A stretch of 64,000 nucleotides of DNA from Pyrinomonadaceae bacterium (GCA_035248565.1 DATFHH010000149.1:2497-66496); one strand, 5' to 3'; positions 1 through 9,902 are shown, numbered from the stretch's first letter. Numbers and translations are program-made. Notes: a model not told the origin generated them from the sequence alone.

Positions 1-609
1 GACGATGCGATCTTCGATAATGGTTAACGGAGTTTCGCGGCCCAGAAATTCTTCCATCGAGGTTACTGGTTCGCCGTCGCAGGCGATGATTAGATCGAAA
101 TAATTGAGATCTGTGTTGACGTTGAGTGCAAAACCGTGCGTTGTGACCCAGCGTGCGATGTGTACGCCGATCGCTGCGACTTTGCCGCGTTGCGTGTGAA
201 CGCCAGTTAGACCTTCGATGCGAAAAGCCTCGATACCAAAATCGGCCATCGTGCGAATCAACACTTCTTCGAGATCGCGTACATACTTGTGGACATCTTC
301 CCGATCGGGACTAAGATTGATAATCGGATATCCGACCACCTGGCCCAACCCGTGATAGGTCACTTTTCCGCCGCGGTTGGTTTCAAACAGCGTAACGTTG
401 CGCGATTTGAGTTGTTCTTCGTTGAGAAGGACCGACGAGGTGTCGCCTCGGCGGCCGATGGTTAACGTGTGCGGGTGTTCGAGCAATAGAAGTGTGTCAG
501 GCTGGGTGCCATTTTTAACGGCCAGTTCAGTATCTTTCTGAGTTCTGAGCGCCGATTCATAGTCAACCAGGCCCAAACGTTGGACCAGCAGCTTTCTTTC
601 CTTCATCAT
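1..609 (-). CDS. lipB: octanoyltransferase LipB (3' end cut by window edge)
   Basis: Not in the ORF track because it runs off the window. Manual translation from ATG at 609: MMKERKLLVQRLGLVDYESALRTQKD..NRGGKVTYHGLGQVVGYPI..GKVAAIGVHIARWVTTHGFALNV. Shows LipB hallmarks (RGG-x-TYHG-x-GQ, K-x-AAIG). Confidence 0.85.
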   Translation of the reverse strand, partial: MMKERKLLVQRLGLVDYESALRTQKDTELAVKNGTQPDTLLLLEHPHTLTIGRRGDTSSVLLNEEQLKSRNVTLFETNRGGKVTYHGLGQVVGYPIINLSPDREDVHKYVRDLEEVLIRTMADFGIEAFRIEGLTGVHTQRGKVAAIGVHIARWVTTHGFALNVNTDLNYFDLIIACDGEPVTSMEEFLGRETPLTIIEDRIV

Positions 610-715
610 GCAACCAGAGCGTATACTCTCGGCGTCATTCTACCAGTCGCGTTGGTCTTTGGTACAATCACCCGCCAACCCAACTGAGAACAACTAGAAG
701 AGGAGACAAACTACC

Positions 716-1243
716 TTGAAACGAATCGTAATCACTTTAATGGCCACAATCCTTTTAATTCCCTCTTCCGCGTTCTCCCAATCGCGAACTCGGTCAACTA
801 CACGGTCCAAGACGCCGCCGGCCGCGACCCAAACTCAGCGCGCAGCCCAAGTGCGCACCGCGGGAGCGACGAAAGTTGCAGATCAAATCAAGTTTTTGTC
901 GCGGTTTATGTACCTGCTTGGCGGCGTGACTAGCGGCATCGCGCAAGTGGATGAGGCCGTGCGCCGCAATGAAGCGTCACCGGCCCTTGTCCAACAGAAT
1001 CAACAGAGCAAGGCAACCCTCAAATCGAGTATTGCGGGGTTTCGTGAGAGTCTGGATAAACTCGAGATCGAGTTTCGTGGGACACCGGAGCTTCAGCCTT
1101 ACTACATCAAACTCGCCGGCGTAGCCGCTGGGGCCGCGACCGCGGAAGAGCAGGCTGCAGCGAATCAGTTCGACGCCGCCGGCCGTACACTGCTCAATGT
1201 GATCAATCGATTGACGGACGTGCTGGTGGTCATGCGACAGTAA
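716..1243 (+). CDS. hypothetical secreted protein (signal peptide, Ala/Gln-rich)
   Basis: 175-aa ORF with a TTG start and GAGGAG upstream. N-terminus MKRIVITLMATILLIPSSAFSQS looks like a signal peptide. No family recognised. Confidence 0.55.
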   Translation: MKRIVITLMATILLIPSSAFSQSRTRSTTRSKTPPAATQTQRAAQVRTAGATKVADQIKFLSRFMYLLGGVTSGIAQVDEAVRRNEASPALVQQNQQSKATLKSSIAGFRESLDKLEIEFRGTPELQPYYIKLAGVAAGAATAEEQAAANQFDAAGRTLLNVINRLTDVLVVMRQ

Positions 1244-1284
1244 CCACAAAGAGGCACAAAGAGTTTCTTTTGTGCCTTTTGTGG

Positions 1285-2406
1285 CTATTGCTTCTTGGGG
1301 TAGTAGCCCTGGCGGGCGCGGACGCGCACGTCGCCGCGTGCCGGAACCGAAACCTGGATTCGCCTGAATACCCCCGGCGGCGCTTCGGCATTCGCGTAAT
1401 ACTGCAACAAGTACTGCCCGCGCAACTCCGCCGCAACCTGACGAAAGACTTTCTCGAGATCCTTATCGGAATCAGGCACGAAAGCAGTTCCCCCAGTCGT
1501 TTCGGCAATCGCTTCCATCCCGCTCTCCGCACGCATGCTGATCTGATTCAACTTCACCGACGGACCACCAGGATTGACGGAATAAAAGATCACGTCTGCC
1601 TTTTGCACTTCTTTTTGTACTTCCTGAACGGCGCGGCGGTGTTTTTCCTGCAAACCGGCGCGAGTGCTGGCGACAGTCTGCTGCCCGTTCTGCGCCGCGC
1701 GTGCTTCCGCAATCGATAAATCACGGATCTGTTCGCTGAAGTTGTCGTCGCCATCCGAGATCACCACGATAACTCGGCGGTAATTGCTCGGTGCCTTGTC
1801 TGTTAAATACTTTGCGGCTGCTGAGACGGTGTCGTAAAACGCGGTAGGCACCGGAGTCGTTGCAGCGGGAATCGTCAACATCTTGGCCGCGGATGTTTCC
1901 GCCGAAGCAAGCGGTTGGACCAACGTAGCTTTGTCGGTGATAGTAAAGATAGCAGCTCTATCGGACGGCTTCATCACTTGCTTCAAAAACGCGGCCGCAG
2001 CATCTTGTTGAAACGCGAAGAACCCTTTTTGACTGACGCTGCTCGAAACGTCAAACAACAGCGCGATCGCCAGAGGCACTTGCTCCGGATCGCCAATGCC
2101 GGAGATCTCCTGTTGCTTGCCTTCTTCCTGTAAACGAAAATCCGCAACCTGAAGTCCCTGCACGGCCTGACCCTGCTGATCGGTGACCGATACCGGCACC
2201 ATCACCAGGTTTGAAGTGAAGCGAACAACGTCGAGCTTTTCCTGCTCGGGCGGCTTTGGCGTCGGTGTTGGTTTTGCTTTCCAGGCCGGCGGAGGCGGCG
2301 GCAGATCTTTAACGGATTGCGCCTGAACAGCAGGCAGGCACAAAAAAACAGCCAGCACTCCGAAAAGGAATGCCGGCCGCAGAAATTTTTTCTCAACCCC
2401 CATCAT
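1285..2406 (-). CDS. VWA (von Willebrand factor A) domain secreted protein, acidobacterial VWFA-like
   Basis: FRLQEEGKQQEI..LAIALLFDVSSSV..VIVVISDGDDN is a MIDAS-type VWA pattern. Signal peptide MMGVEKKFLRPAFLFGVLAVFLCLPAVQAQS if the start is ATG 2406. The ORF is open to a GTG at 2454. Confidence 0.75.
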   Translation of the reverse strand: MMGVEKKFLRPAFLFGVLAVFLCLPAVQAQSVKDLPPPPPAWKAKPTPTPKPPEQEKLDVVRFTSNLVMVPVSVTDQQGQAVQGLQVADFRLQEEGKQQEISGIGDPEQVPLAIALLFDVSSSVSQKGFFAFQQDAAAAFLKQVMKPSDRAAIFTITDKATLVQPLASAETSAAKMLTIPAATTPVPTAFYDTVSAAAKYLTDKAPSNYRRVIVVISDGDDNFSEQIRDLSIAEARAAQNGQQTVASTRAGLQEKHRRAVQEVQKEVQKADVIFYSVNPGGPSVKLNQISMRAESGMEAIAETTGGTAFVPDSDKDLEKVFRQVAAELRGQYLLQYYANAEAPPGVFRRIQVSVPARGDVRVRARQGYYPKKQ

Positions 2407-2553
2407 CTGGACACCCTTCGAGTCTTGTCTCATGCCGCCAGATTTGCTGGCCACATGCTGCCTATCCTACCGCTTCTCTGACGGCATGATCCACGACTCT
2501 TTGGTGCCACGTCACATCCGCGGAGTTGCACTAATCAAATCCGCGATGCTTGA

Positions 2554-3585
2554 TTAGTTGCCCGAACCGGAACCCGAAGTGCCCGGATTCATCGTCGGCG
2601 CCGGGGATGTCAATCCCTTGTTCACAAGCAATTTGATTTCAACACGTCGATTCTGAGCACGGCCCTCACGCGATGTGTTGTCCGCCACCGGATTCATTTC
2701 ACCATAACCATACGGCGTTACGATTCGTCGCAGTGGGATATTGTGACTCTCAACCAGGTAACGAATGACGGCGTCAGCACGACGCTGGCTTAGCTGACGA
2801 TTGAGATTAACGCTTCCTCTTGAATCGGCATAACCAGAAACTTCAAGCACATAGCCCTTGGCATTCATTGCTTTGCTGGCGATGTCATCAAGTGTTGTCT
2901 TCGACTCAGGTGAAAGCACCGCACTGCCTGTCTTGAAGTTCACTGCGGCAGTATCCTGCGGTGTGTAGTCGTCCAAAGCCGAGATGCGCTCATTGGTCGC
3001 ATTAACGCCGGCGACGGCCGCATCAGCGGTTGCTTGCGCTGCTTTCGCGCCGCCACGGGCAGCGTTGGAAACAGCAGCCAACTCTTCCAACTGACCCGAA
3101 AGCCGCTGTGCATTGGCTTCAACCTGCGTCAACTTGTTTTCGGTGTCGGTTGCTCTCTCTTCGAGCGGCGCAGCTCGCGACTCAACAGCGCGTGCTGTCC
3201 GCATGTCTGTTTCGTTGAACCGGATCTTCTCGGCAAGCAGTTCGCCGGTAGAGTTCCCTCGTCCTTCAACCTCGAGGTTCAAGCCACGGAGGATGCTGGT
3301 CTGTGCATAGTTGCTGCCGCCGCGCAGGAACCCACCATGGGTCTTCACACTGGTCTTGTCGTCCAGGCGCACAACCGTATCCACGCCATTCATGTCACGG
3401 ACCGTAAATGTATCCGCATCACGTCGGGTAACCACGCCTTTGATTTTCATCTTTTGGCCGCTGGTCACGGTACGCGAACCGGCGGGGTTGGTTGTATCTT
3501 GTGCCAGGATTGGGGAGGCTGAGAAGACTAACAGGCAGGTAGTAAGCACTGCCGGGGCAAACATTTTATGTTTAGTGAATACCAT
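2554..3585 (-). CDS. OmpA family protein (coiled-coil middle, C-terminal OmpA/peptidoglycan-binding domain)
   Basis: C-terminus NFKTGSAVLSPESKTTLDDIA..GYADSRGSVNLNRQLSQRRADAVIRYL..NRRVEIKLL. AAGGAG Shine-Dalgarno before ATG 3585. Signal peptide present. Confidence 0.85.
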   Translation of the reverse strand: MVFTKHKMFAPAVLTTCLLVFSASPILAQDTTNPAGSRTVTSGQKMKIKGVVTRRDADTFTVRDMNGVDTVVRLDDKTSVKTHGGFLRGGSNYAQTSILRGLNLEVEGRGNSTGELLAEKIRFNETDMRTARAVESRAAPLEERATDTENKLTQVEANAQRLSGQLEELAAVSNAARGGAKAAQATADAAVAGVNATNERISALDDYTPQDTAAVNFKTGSAVLSPESKTTLDDIASKAMNAKGYVLEVSGYADSRGSVNLNRQLSQRRADAVIRYLVESHNIPLRRIVTPYGYGEMNPVADNTSREGRAQNRRVEIKLLVNKGLTSPAPTMNPGTSGSGSGN

Positions 3586-3850
3586 TGATTTTCTCCTTCA
3601 AACTAGTAACTGATTGACGCGCTCCTTGAGCCGCGCGTCCTCCTCAAGCTGTTCGTGGCGAGTCCTTGCTCCTCGCCTCCCGCGTATTAAATTTTGCGGA
3701 TGACATGTCTTAGAACTTCATCGGAGTTAAGTCAATAGCCTCCGCATTTCTTCATCTAATCACCACTTTATCGCAATGAATGAGTACACAGATATGCGCA
3801 GATTAACACGGATTAGAAACGATCTGTGTTAATCCGTGAAGATCTTTGGG

Positions 3851-5272
3851 CTAAAGTGAGAAATCGCCTGCCTCGAGTTGCTCTTTAATAAATGCCAGAA
3901 ATCTTTCAGCATCCGCGCCGTCAATCACGCGATGATCGAAGCTCAGCGCGAAATAGGCCATCCAGCGAATGCCGATGAAATCATCGCCGTCTGCGGTGGT
4001 CATGACCTTCGCGCGTTTCTCGATTTTTCCGATGCCCAGGATTGCCAGTTGCGGCTGGTTGATAATCGGTGTGCCGAATAGACCACCAAAGACGCCCGGA
4101 TTCGTAATGGTAAACGTTCCGCCGGTAACTTCGTCAGGTTTGAGTTGTTTGGTCCGCGCACGATCGGCGAGGTCATTTGCCGCGCGAGCGAGACCAGAAA
4201 TACTCAGATCATCAGCTCGTTTGATCACCGGGACGATCAACCCCCAGTCGAGCGCGACGGCCATGCCGAGATTGATGTCCTGCTTGTAAATGATCTGCTC
4301 ACCATTAACCTGCGCATTAAAAATCGGAAACTTCCGCAATGCTTTGTTCACAGCTTCGAAAATGAATGGCATGAACGTTAGCTTGGTGCCGGTGCGTTCG
4401 TAGAACGCATCGCGATGCTGGTCTCTGAGTCGCGCAATGCGCGTCATGTCAATCTCGTAAACGGTGGTGACATGCGCGGAGGTACGCCGAGACAGGACCA
4501 TGTGCTCGGCGATCTTCTTCCGCATCACGCTCATCTGTTCCACTCGATCGCCAACCTGTGGCTTCGGTGGCGACGGAGGAGGAATTTCATGGACCTGCGG
4601 TGCCGCAGACGGAGCGGGAGTTTCCGCTTTGCGTTGCGGCGGCGCGGCAGTAACGCCCGATTCGATGAAGCTGAGTATGTCGTTCTTGGTTACTCGACCA
4701 CTTAGACCAGTGCCTTCGAGTTGTGAAATGTCGACGCCGTGCTCCTGCGCGATCTTCCGAACTAACGGGCTTGACTTGGTCCGTCGAAGCTCTTCCGCAG
4801 TCGCAGTCGCTCCATCTTTCTTGGCCGGCGGCTCAGGTGTTCGAGCCGCGGTTGGTTTCGTTTCAACCGGTTCTGGCAGAGGAGGCGCAGCGGGTGTGGG
4901 TGGTTTTGGCGCTGGAGCTGGTGGTGGCGTGGTTGCTTGTGGCGCGGGCGGCGTTGGGGCTGGCGGCGTTGGCGCTGGCGCGGCAGGCTTGGCTTCAACA
5001 GGCTGGGTCTTCGCTGGTGCAGCCGCCGTCGACTGGTCTCCATCAAGCACAGCCACGACTGTATTTACTTCAACTGTCTCGCCTTCATTGAACCTGATCT
5101 CGGTCAATGTTCCCGCAGCGGGCGACGGAATCTCCGCGTCGACTTTGTCGGTCGAGATCTCAAACAGCGGCTCATCACGCTCGACACGCTCGCCAACTTT
5201 CTTCAACCATTTTGTAATCGTGCCCTCCGCAATGGACTCACCCATCTGAGGCATCACCACTTCAGTGCTCAT
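3851..5272 (-). CDS. 2-oxoacid dehydrogenase E2 (dihydrolipoamide acyltransferase), single lipoyl domain
   Basis: Lipoyl domain (EISTDKVDAEIPSP), long Pro/Ala linker, subunit-binding domain (SPLVRKIAQEHGVD), catalytic DHRVIDGA motif. Confidence 0.9.
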   Translation of the reverse strand: MSTEVVMPQMGESIAEGTITKWLKKVGERVERDEPLFEISTDKVDAEIPSPAAGTLTEIRFNEGETVEVNTVVAVLDGDQSTAAAPAKTQPVEAKPAAPAPTPPAPTPPAPQATTPPPAPAPKPPTPAAPPLPEPVETKPTAARTPEPPAKKDGATATAEELRRTKSSPLVRKIAQEHGVDISQLEGTGLSGRVTKNDILSFIESGVTAAPPQRKAETPAPSAAPQVHEIPPPSPPKPQVGDRVEQMSVMRKKIAEHMVLSRRTSAHVTTVYEIDMTRIARLRDQHRDAFYERTGTKLTFMPFIFEAVNKALRKFPIFNAQVNGEQIIYKQDINLGMAVALDWGLIVPVIKRADDLSISGLARAANDLADRARTKQLKPDEVTGGTFTITNPGVFGGLFGTPIINQPQLAILGIGKIEKRAKVMTTADGDDFIGIRWMAYFALSFDHRVIDGADAERFLAFIKEQLEAGDFSL

Positions 5273-5314
5273 CTCTTCTCCAGGAATCAGTGTTCATCTG
5301 CGCAAATCCGCGGC

Positions 5315-6343
5315 TCAATAAGCCGCCAGCTTGCGAGCCGCATCGACCACGCCCTTCGTTTGCGGCAAATAGTAATCTTCCAGCGGCGGTGAATATGGGA
5401 CCGGCGTATCGATCGAGCCAATGCGTATCACCGGCGCGTCGAGCCATTCAAAACACTCTTCCGCGAGCATCGCCGCTATCTCACCGCCAATGCCGCCAGT
5501 GCGCGAAGCTTCGTGCAGCACGATCGCTTTGCTCGTCTTCTTAACGCTCGCCAGTATCGCCGGTTTGTCGAGTGGCGCGAGCGTTCGCAAGTCCACGACT
5601 TCAACGTCCAAACCTTCTTTCTCGAGCTCTTCGGCAGCATCGAGCGCCGTCAACACCATCGCGCCAAAGGTGATGATGGTCAAATCGCGTCCCGCACGGG
5701 CCACGCGTGCTTTGCCGATCTCGACGATGTAATCATCCGAAGGTAATTCCTCGCGCAGTCGCGGCAGTCGATACAGCTTTTTGTGTTCGAAAAAGAGAAC
5801 CGGATCGGGATCGCGAATCGCGGCTTTGATCAAGCCTTTGGCGTCGTATGCCGTCGCAGGTTCGACAATCTTGAGTCCCGCCGTGTTCAGGAAAAACGCT
5901 TCCGCGTTCAGCGAATGAAACGGACCGGCTCGTACACCTGATCCACATGGGCCACGAAAGACGGCCGGAATTGCCGCGCCCCAACGATAACGACACTTCG
6001 CCGCGTAATTTGTAAGGAGATCAAAACCAGCAGAAATAAAATCGATAAACTGAAATTCGGCGACTGGCCGCATACCCATCAACGCCGCACCACACGCTGC
6101 GCCAACGATTGCGCCTTCGGAGATCGGCGTGTCGATTACGCGTTCTTTGCCAAATTCGTCGAACAAGCCGTCTGTGACTTTGAATGCACCACCGTAAACG
6201 CCCACGTCTTCGCCGATCACAAACACGGTCGGGTCGCGTTCCATCTCTTCCCAGATGCCCTGGCGAATTGCTTCAACCATCGTGGCCTGACCGCCACGTT
6301 CTGGGCGTGCGGATTTGTGTTCTTTTTTGACGGCAGTGGACAT
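5315..6343 (-). CDS. 2-oxoacid dehydrogenase E1 component beta subunit
   Basis: Transketolase-like pyrimidine-binding and C-terminal domains (VIGEDVGVYGGAFKVT..DTPISEGAIVG). ATG at 6343 preferred over the TTG at 6361. Confidence 0.9.
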   Translation of the reverse strand: MSTAVKKEHKSARPERGGQATMVEAIRQGIWEEMERDPTVFVIGEDVGVYGGAFKVTDGLFDEFGKERVIDTPISEGAIVGAACGAALMGMRPVAEFQFIDFISAGFDLLTNYAAKCRYRWGAAIPAVFRGPCGSGVRAGPFHSLNAEAFFLNTAGLKIVEPATAYDAKGLIKAAIRDPDPVLFFEHKKLYRLPRLREELPSDDYIVEIGKARVARAGRDLTIITFGAMVLTALDAAEELEKEGLDVEVVDLRTLAPLDKPAILASVKKTSKAIVLHEASRTGGIGGEIAAMLAEECFEWLDAPVIRIGSIDTPVPYSPPLEDYYLPQTKGVVDAARKLAAY

Positions 6344-6353
6344 CGTTAAATAC

Positions 6354-6770
6354 TCAGGCAACTCGCTTAACTGTTCTGATATCGTCAGGATTCACCAGCA
6401 GCCTTTCTCCTTTGGGATCTATGAACGCATCCAGTCCTTCGAGTGGAAATGCACCTAGCAAGACTTCTGACGTTTGTGGCAACACAACAGCTCTTACAGT
6501 AGTGGCACGATTCTCGAAACGCACCTCCACCGGACCGACGATGTCCACATCCAACCACGTTTCGTCGGCCATTTGGACGGTCCCCCGCCCAAGCACCCGC
6601 AAGTTCAGTCTTTTTTGGACGTCTTTGTTAATAACGAGATCCCACGCGCCACTGTCCACGAGCGCCCTGCAGGTAACTCTCCTTATTTCATCTTCTGGCA
6701 AAAATCCGCGCTGGTTGAGCGCTATATCATCTTCGCTTGTCAGCTCAATGTCCGCATACACATATCCCAT
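6354..6770 (-). CDS. retropepsin-like (clan AA) aspartic protease family protein
   Basis: MGYVYADIEL..CRALVDSGAWDLVI..LLGAFPLEGLDAFIDP. D-S-G-A motif in a ~138-aa protein. Strong GGAGGAAAAGGA SD before ATG 6770. The ORF is also open to ATG 6842. Confidence 0.62.
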   Translation of the reverse strand: MGYVYADIELTSEDDIALNQRGFLPEDEIRRVTCRALVDSGAWDLVINKDVQKRLNLRVLGRGTVQMADETWLDVDIVGPVEVRFENRATTVRAVVLPQTSEVLLGAFPLEGLDAFIDPKGERLLVNPDDIRTVKRVA

Positions 6771-6842
6771 TCCTTTTCCTCCGGTAAGTGAGGTACCAGT
6801 GGTACGTCGTCGATAACTATGGTTAGCTGGTTTGACTGTCAT

Positions 6843-7967
6843 TTATCCCTCCAGTACTTTCGGTCTAAACGCCGGCGGCACGATGTTGTTATCAAACACT
6901 CCATACGCCGCCTGCTCGCCTTCGGGCATCGGTGAAGACTCTGCCCAGGCGCAGTCTTCGTCAATCTCGCGGAGAACGCCCGCCACGATCTCCTCGAGCT
7001 TCTCTTTCGTCGCCAGGTTACATTCAAGCAAGTAACGCTCGTAACGATCGACGGGATCGTTATTCTTCTCCCACCACTCGATCTCACCCGGCGCAACGTA
7101 ACGCTGATCGTCGTGCTCCGCGTGTCCTTTACGACGATAGGTCTTCGCCTCAATCAATACCGCGCCACCGCCGCGTCGTGCATATTCGGCTGCCTGCTTT
7201 GTCACTTCATAACAAGCGACTACATCATTGCCGTCGACGACGTGCGCAGGTATGCCATAACCCGCTGCTTTCTCGGCGAGATCTCGCACGGCGGTTTGTA
7301 AATTCGTCGGCGTTGAATACGCGTAGTGGTTGTACTCGGCAATAACAATCAAAGGAAGTCGCTGCACGGCGGCGAAGTTGAGTCCTTCGTGAAAGGCGCC
7401 CGTGCTCATGCCGCCGTCGCCGATGTAAGCAACGGCAACAAACTTCTTCCTAAGCATGCGACCACCGAGAAGAATTCCACTCATCACGGGAATCATATCG
7501 CCCAGGTGAGAGATTGGACCAATGAATCCCTTCTGTACATCGCCGAAATGAATGTTGAGATCTTTTCCGCCGGAAGGTCCCCAGGCCTTGGCCATGTACT
7601 GCGCAAAGATCTCGCGCGGCCGAACTCCTTTTATGAGTACTGCGCCCAGATCTCTAATCAATGGAGTGACGAAATCCTGCGGCTGGAGTGCATAGGCACT
7701 GCCGACAGCCGTCGCCTCCTGGCCCAAGGAACGAAATACGCCGCCGACGACTTTGGTCTGGCGATAAAGATTCACGAGTCGTTCTTCGACTAATCTAGTG
7801 AGTTTTAGATAGCGATACAGTTCGAGATGCTGCTCTGGTTTGAGTGTGGTCTCGGTCGTACAGCTTAGCGGTTTGCCGTCAACTGCTTTGCGCGGCGCGT
7901 ATTTAGTGCTCACGCGCATCTGGAAACGCGGACGCGGTCGCCGGCGACGTTTGTTGGTTTTTTCCAT
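6843..7967 (-). CDS. 2-oxoacid dehydrogenase E1 component alpha subunit (TPP-dependent)
   Basis: TPP-binding GDGGMSTGAFHEGLNFAAV..IAEYNHYA. ATG 7967 (MEKTNKRRR) preferred, because the upstream ATG at 7985 lies inside repeat A1. Confidence 0.9.
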   Translation of the reverse strand: MEKTNKRRRRPRPRFQMRVSTKYAPRKAVDGKPLSCTTETTLKPEQHLELYRYLKLTRLVEERLVNLYRQTKVVGGVFRSLGQEATAVGSAYALQPQDFVTPLIRDLGAVLIKGVRPREIFAQYMAKAWGPSGGKDLNIHFGDVQKGFIGPISHLGDMIPVMSGILLGGRMLRKKFVAVAYIGDGGMSTGAFHEGLNFAAVQRLPLIVIAEYNHYAYSTPTNLQTAVRDLAEKAAGYGIPAHVVDGNDVVACYEVTKQAAEYARRGGGAVLIEAKTYRRKGHAEHDDQRYVAPGEIEWWEKNNDPVDRYERYLLECNLATKEKLEEIVAGVLREIDEDCAWAESSPMPEGEQAAYGVFDNNIVPPAFRPKVLEG

Positions 7968-7977
7968 AACATGAAGC

Positions 7978-8031
7978 CCATCCACAGATTACGCAGATTT
8001 CTGTTAAGTAATCTGCGTAATCTGTGGATGG
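7978..8031. repeat. Family A palindromic element, copy A1 (complete)
   Basis: CCATCCACAGATTACGCAGATT (7978-7999), 10-nt loop, then AATCTGCGTAATCTGTGGATGG (8010-8031). Perfect 22-bp inverted repeat between the lpdA stop and the E1alpha start. Confidence 0.9.
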
Positions 8032-8033
8032 CT

Positions 8034-9500
8034 TTAGATATGCACAGCGAGATCGTGAACGCCTTCGGCAGCTTCCATCACCGCCTCAGAAACAGTCGGA
8101 TGCGCGTGCATCGTTCGACCGAGTTCTTCAGCAGTTGATTCAAGCTGCATGGCAACGCAAGCTTCGGCGATCAACTCAGTGGCATGCGGGCCAATTATGT
8201 GCACACCCAAAATCTCGTCGTATTTCTTCTCGCTGACAACCTTGACGAAGCCTTCTTCCTCACCAAGTATGCGCGCTTTGCCTGACGCGGAAAACGGAAA
8301 TCTTCCAACCTTAACGTCGTAACCTTGTTCTTTCGCCTTCGCCTCAGTCAGTCCGACAGAGCCAATCTCCGGATCGCAGTAAGTGCAGTTTGGCACTAAA
8401 CGCAGATTGATCGGACGCACGTCCTTACGTCCGGCAAGATGCTCGACCGCGACTATCCCTTCCTTCGACGCCAGGTGGGCCAACAAAGGTGTCGGCACAA
8501 CGTCGCCGATAGCGTACACGCCTTTCTCGGCAGTCTGCTGATATTCGTCGACCTGAATAAAACCCTTTTCGACCTTGATCTTCGTGCCTTCGAGTCCGAG
8601 TCCCTGCGTGTAAGGCATTCGTCCGACAGCAACCAGCAACATCTCAGCTTCGAGACTCACCGGCTCGCCCTTCGATGTCTTGCCCGTAACACGCACGCCT
8701 GTTTCAGTCTTTTCCAGCTTCTGGAGTGTCGTGTCTACCTGCGTCTTGATTCCGCGTTTGCGGAAACTGCGTTCGAGCTCCTTTGACACCTCTTCATCTT
8801 CGAGCGGTACAATCTGTGGCAATAACTCGACAATTGTCGTTTCGGCGCCGAAACGTGAGTAGACCGAAGCAAACTCGACGCCGACTGCGCCACAACCCAT
8901 CACGATCAACGACTTCGGCACCTGTTGTAGATCGAGAATGTGATCGCTGTTTACAACCTTGTTGCCGTCAGTCTCAAATCCGGGAATAGGCCGCACGACT
9001 GAACCTGTAGCGATAATGATGTTCTTGGTTTGAAGTGTCTGCTTTTTTCCTTCCGCGTCGATGACTTCGACTTTACCCGGCAGCGCGAGCTTGCCCGTGC
9101 CTTTGAAGACTGTGACTTTGTTCTTCTTCATCAAATACTCGATGCCTTTCGAGTTCTTGAGCACGACTTTGTCTTTTCTCTTTTGCACGTCGGCGAAAGC
9201 TAATTGAATGGCTGAGGCTTGCACGCCAAAATCCGCTGCATGCTGCATCTGTTCGTAGATGTGGGCCGACATCAACATCTGCTTGGTAGGAATGCAACCG
9301 CGCAGTGTGCACGTGCCGCCGAGCCGGTTATCTTTCTCGATAATTGCAGTTTTAAGACCCAACTGACCGGCGCGAATCGCCGCCACATAACCGCCCGGTC
9401 CACTGCCAATAATCGTTACGTCAAACTGTTCGTTCGCCAATTTTGTAGGTATCTCCTCATGGGAGCAGTAATGAAATAAAAGACCGGGCATTATAATCAT
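8034..9500 (-). CDS. lpdA: dihydrolipoyl dehydrogenase (E3)
   Basis: FDVTIIGSGPGGYVAAIRAGQLG, redox-active GGTCTLRGCIPTK, C-terminal HAHPTVSE. True start may be downstream of ATG 9500 (a TTG before ANEQFDV is possible). Confidence 0.9.
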   Translation of the reverse strand: MIIMPGLLFHYCSHEEIPTKLANEQFDVTIIGSGPGGYVAAIRAGQLGLKTAIIEKDNRLGGTCTLRGCIPTKQMLMSAHIYEQMQHAADFGVQASAIQLAFADVQKRKDKVVLKNSKGIEYLMKKNKVTVFKGTGKLALPGKVEVIDAEGKKQTLQTKNIIIATGSVVRPIPGFETDGNKVVNSDHILDLQQVPKSLIVMGCGAVGVEFASVYSRFGAETTIVELLPQIVPLEDEEVSKELERSFRKRGIKTQVDTTLQKLEKTETGVRVTGKTSKGEPVSLEAEMLLVAVGRMPYTQGLGLEGTKIKVEKGFIQVDEYQQTAEKGVYAIGDVVPTPLLAHLASKEGIVAVEHLAGRKDVRPINLRLVPNCTYCDPEIGSVGLTEAKAKEQGYDVKVGRFPFSASGKARILGEEEGFVKVVSEKKYDEILGVHIIGPHATELIAEACVAMQLESTAEELGRTMHAHPTVSEAVMEAAEGVHDLAVHI

Positions 9501-9531
9501 TCAGCAAACTACAACACAAAAGGACCAGATC

Positions 9532-9900
9532 ATGAAGCATTCCGAAGGTTTCTTAAAACTAGTAGACGACGCAAAGAGCCGGATTCGAGAGGTGAGTGCG
9601 GACGAAACTCAGCGGCGAATGAGCGATGACAGCAACGTAAAACTGATCGACGTTCGCGAAGACAACGAGTGGAACGAAGCACATGCGAAGGGCGCAATGC
9701 ACCTTGGCAAGGGCGTCATTGAACGCGATGTTGAGAACACAATTCCCGACAAGAACGCGGAACTGATTCTCTACTGTGGCGGTGGTTATCGCTCGGCGTT
9801 AGCGGCAGACGCGCTACAAAAAATTGGCTATACAAACGTGTTTTCGATGGCTGGTGGCTGGAGGGCGTGGAAAGAAACAGGTGGTGACATCGAGAAATAA
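9532..9900 (+). CDS. rhodanese-like domain protein
   Basis: 122 aa with active-site loop YCGGGYRS and flanking rhodanese pattern (IDVREDNEW..GHA). Confidence 0.8.
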   Translation: MKHSEGFLKLVDDAKSRIREVSADETQRRMSDDSNVKLIDVREDNEWNEAHAKGAMHLGKGVIERDVENTIPDKNAELILYCGGGYRSALAADALQKIGYTNVFSMAGGWRAWKETGGDIEK

Positions 9901-9902
9901 AA

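Noticed and set aside
4464-5249. 261-aa plus-strand ORF (Gly/Ala-rich) and other ORFs antisense to the E2 gene.
   Set aside because: This is a shadow ORF opposite the Pro/Ala-rich E2 linker. The minus-strand frame has unambiguous lipoyl, PSBD and catalytic motifs.
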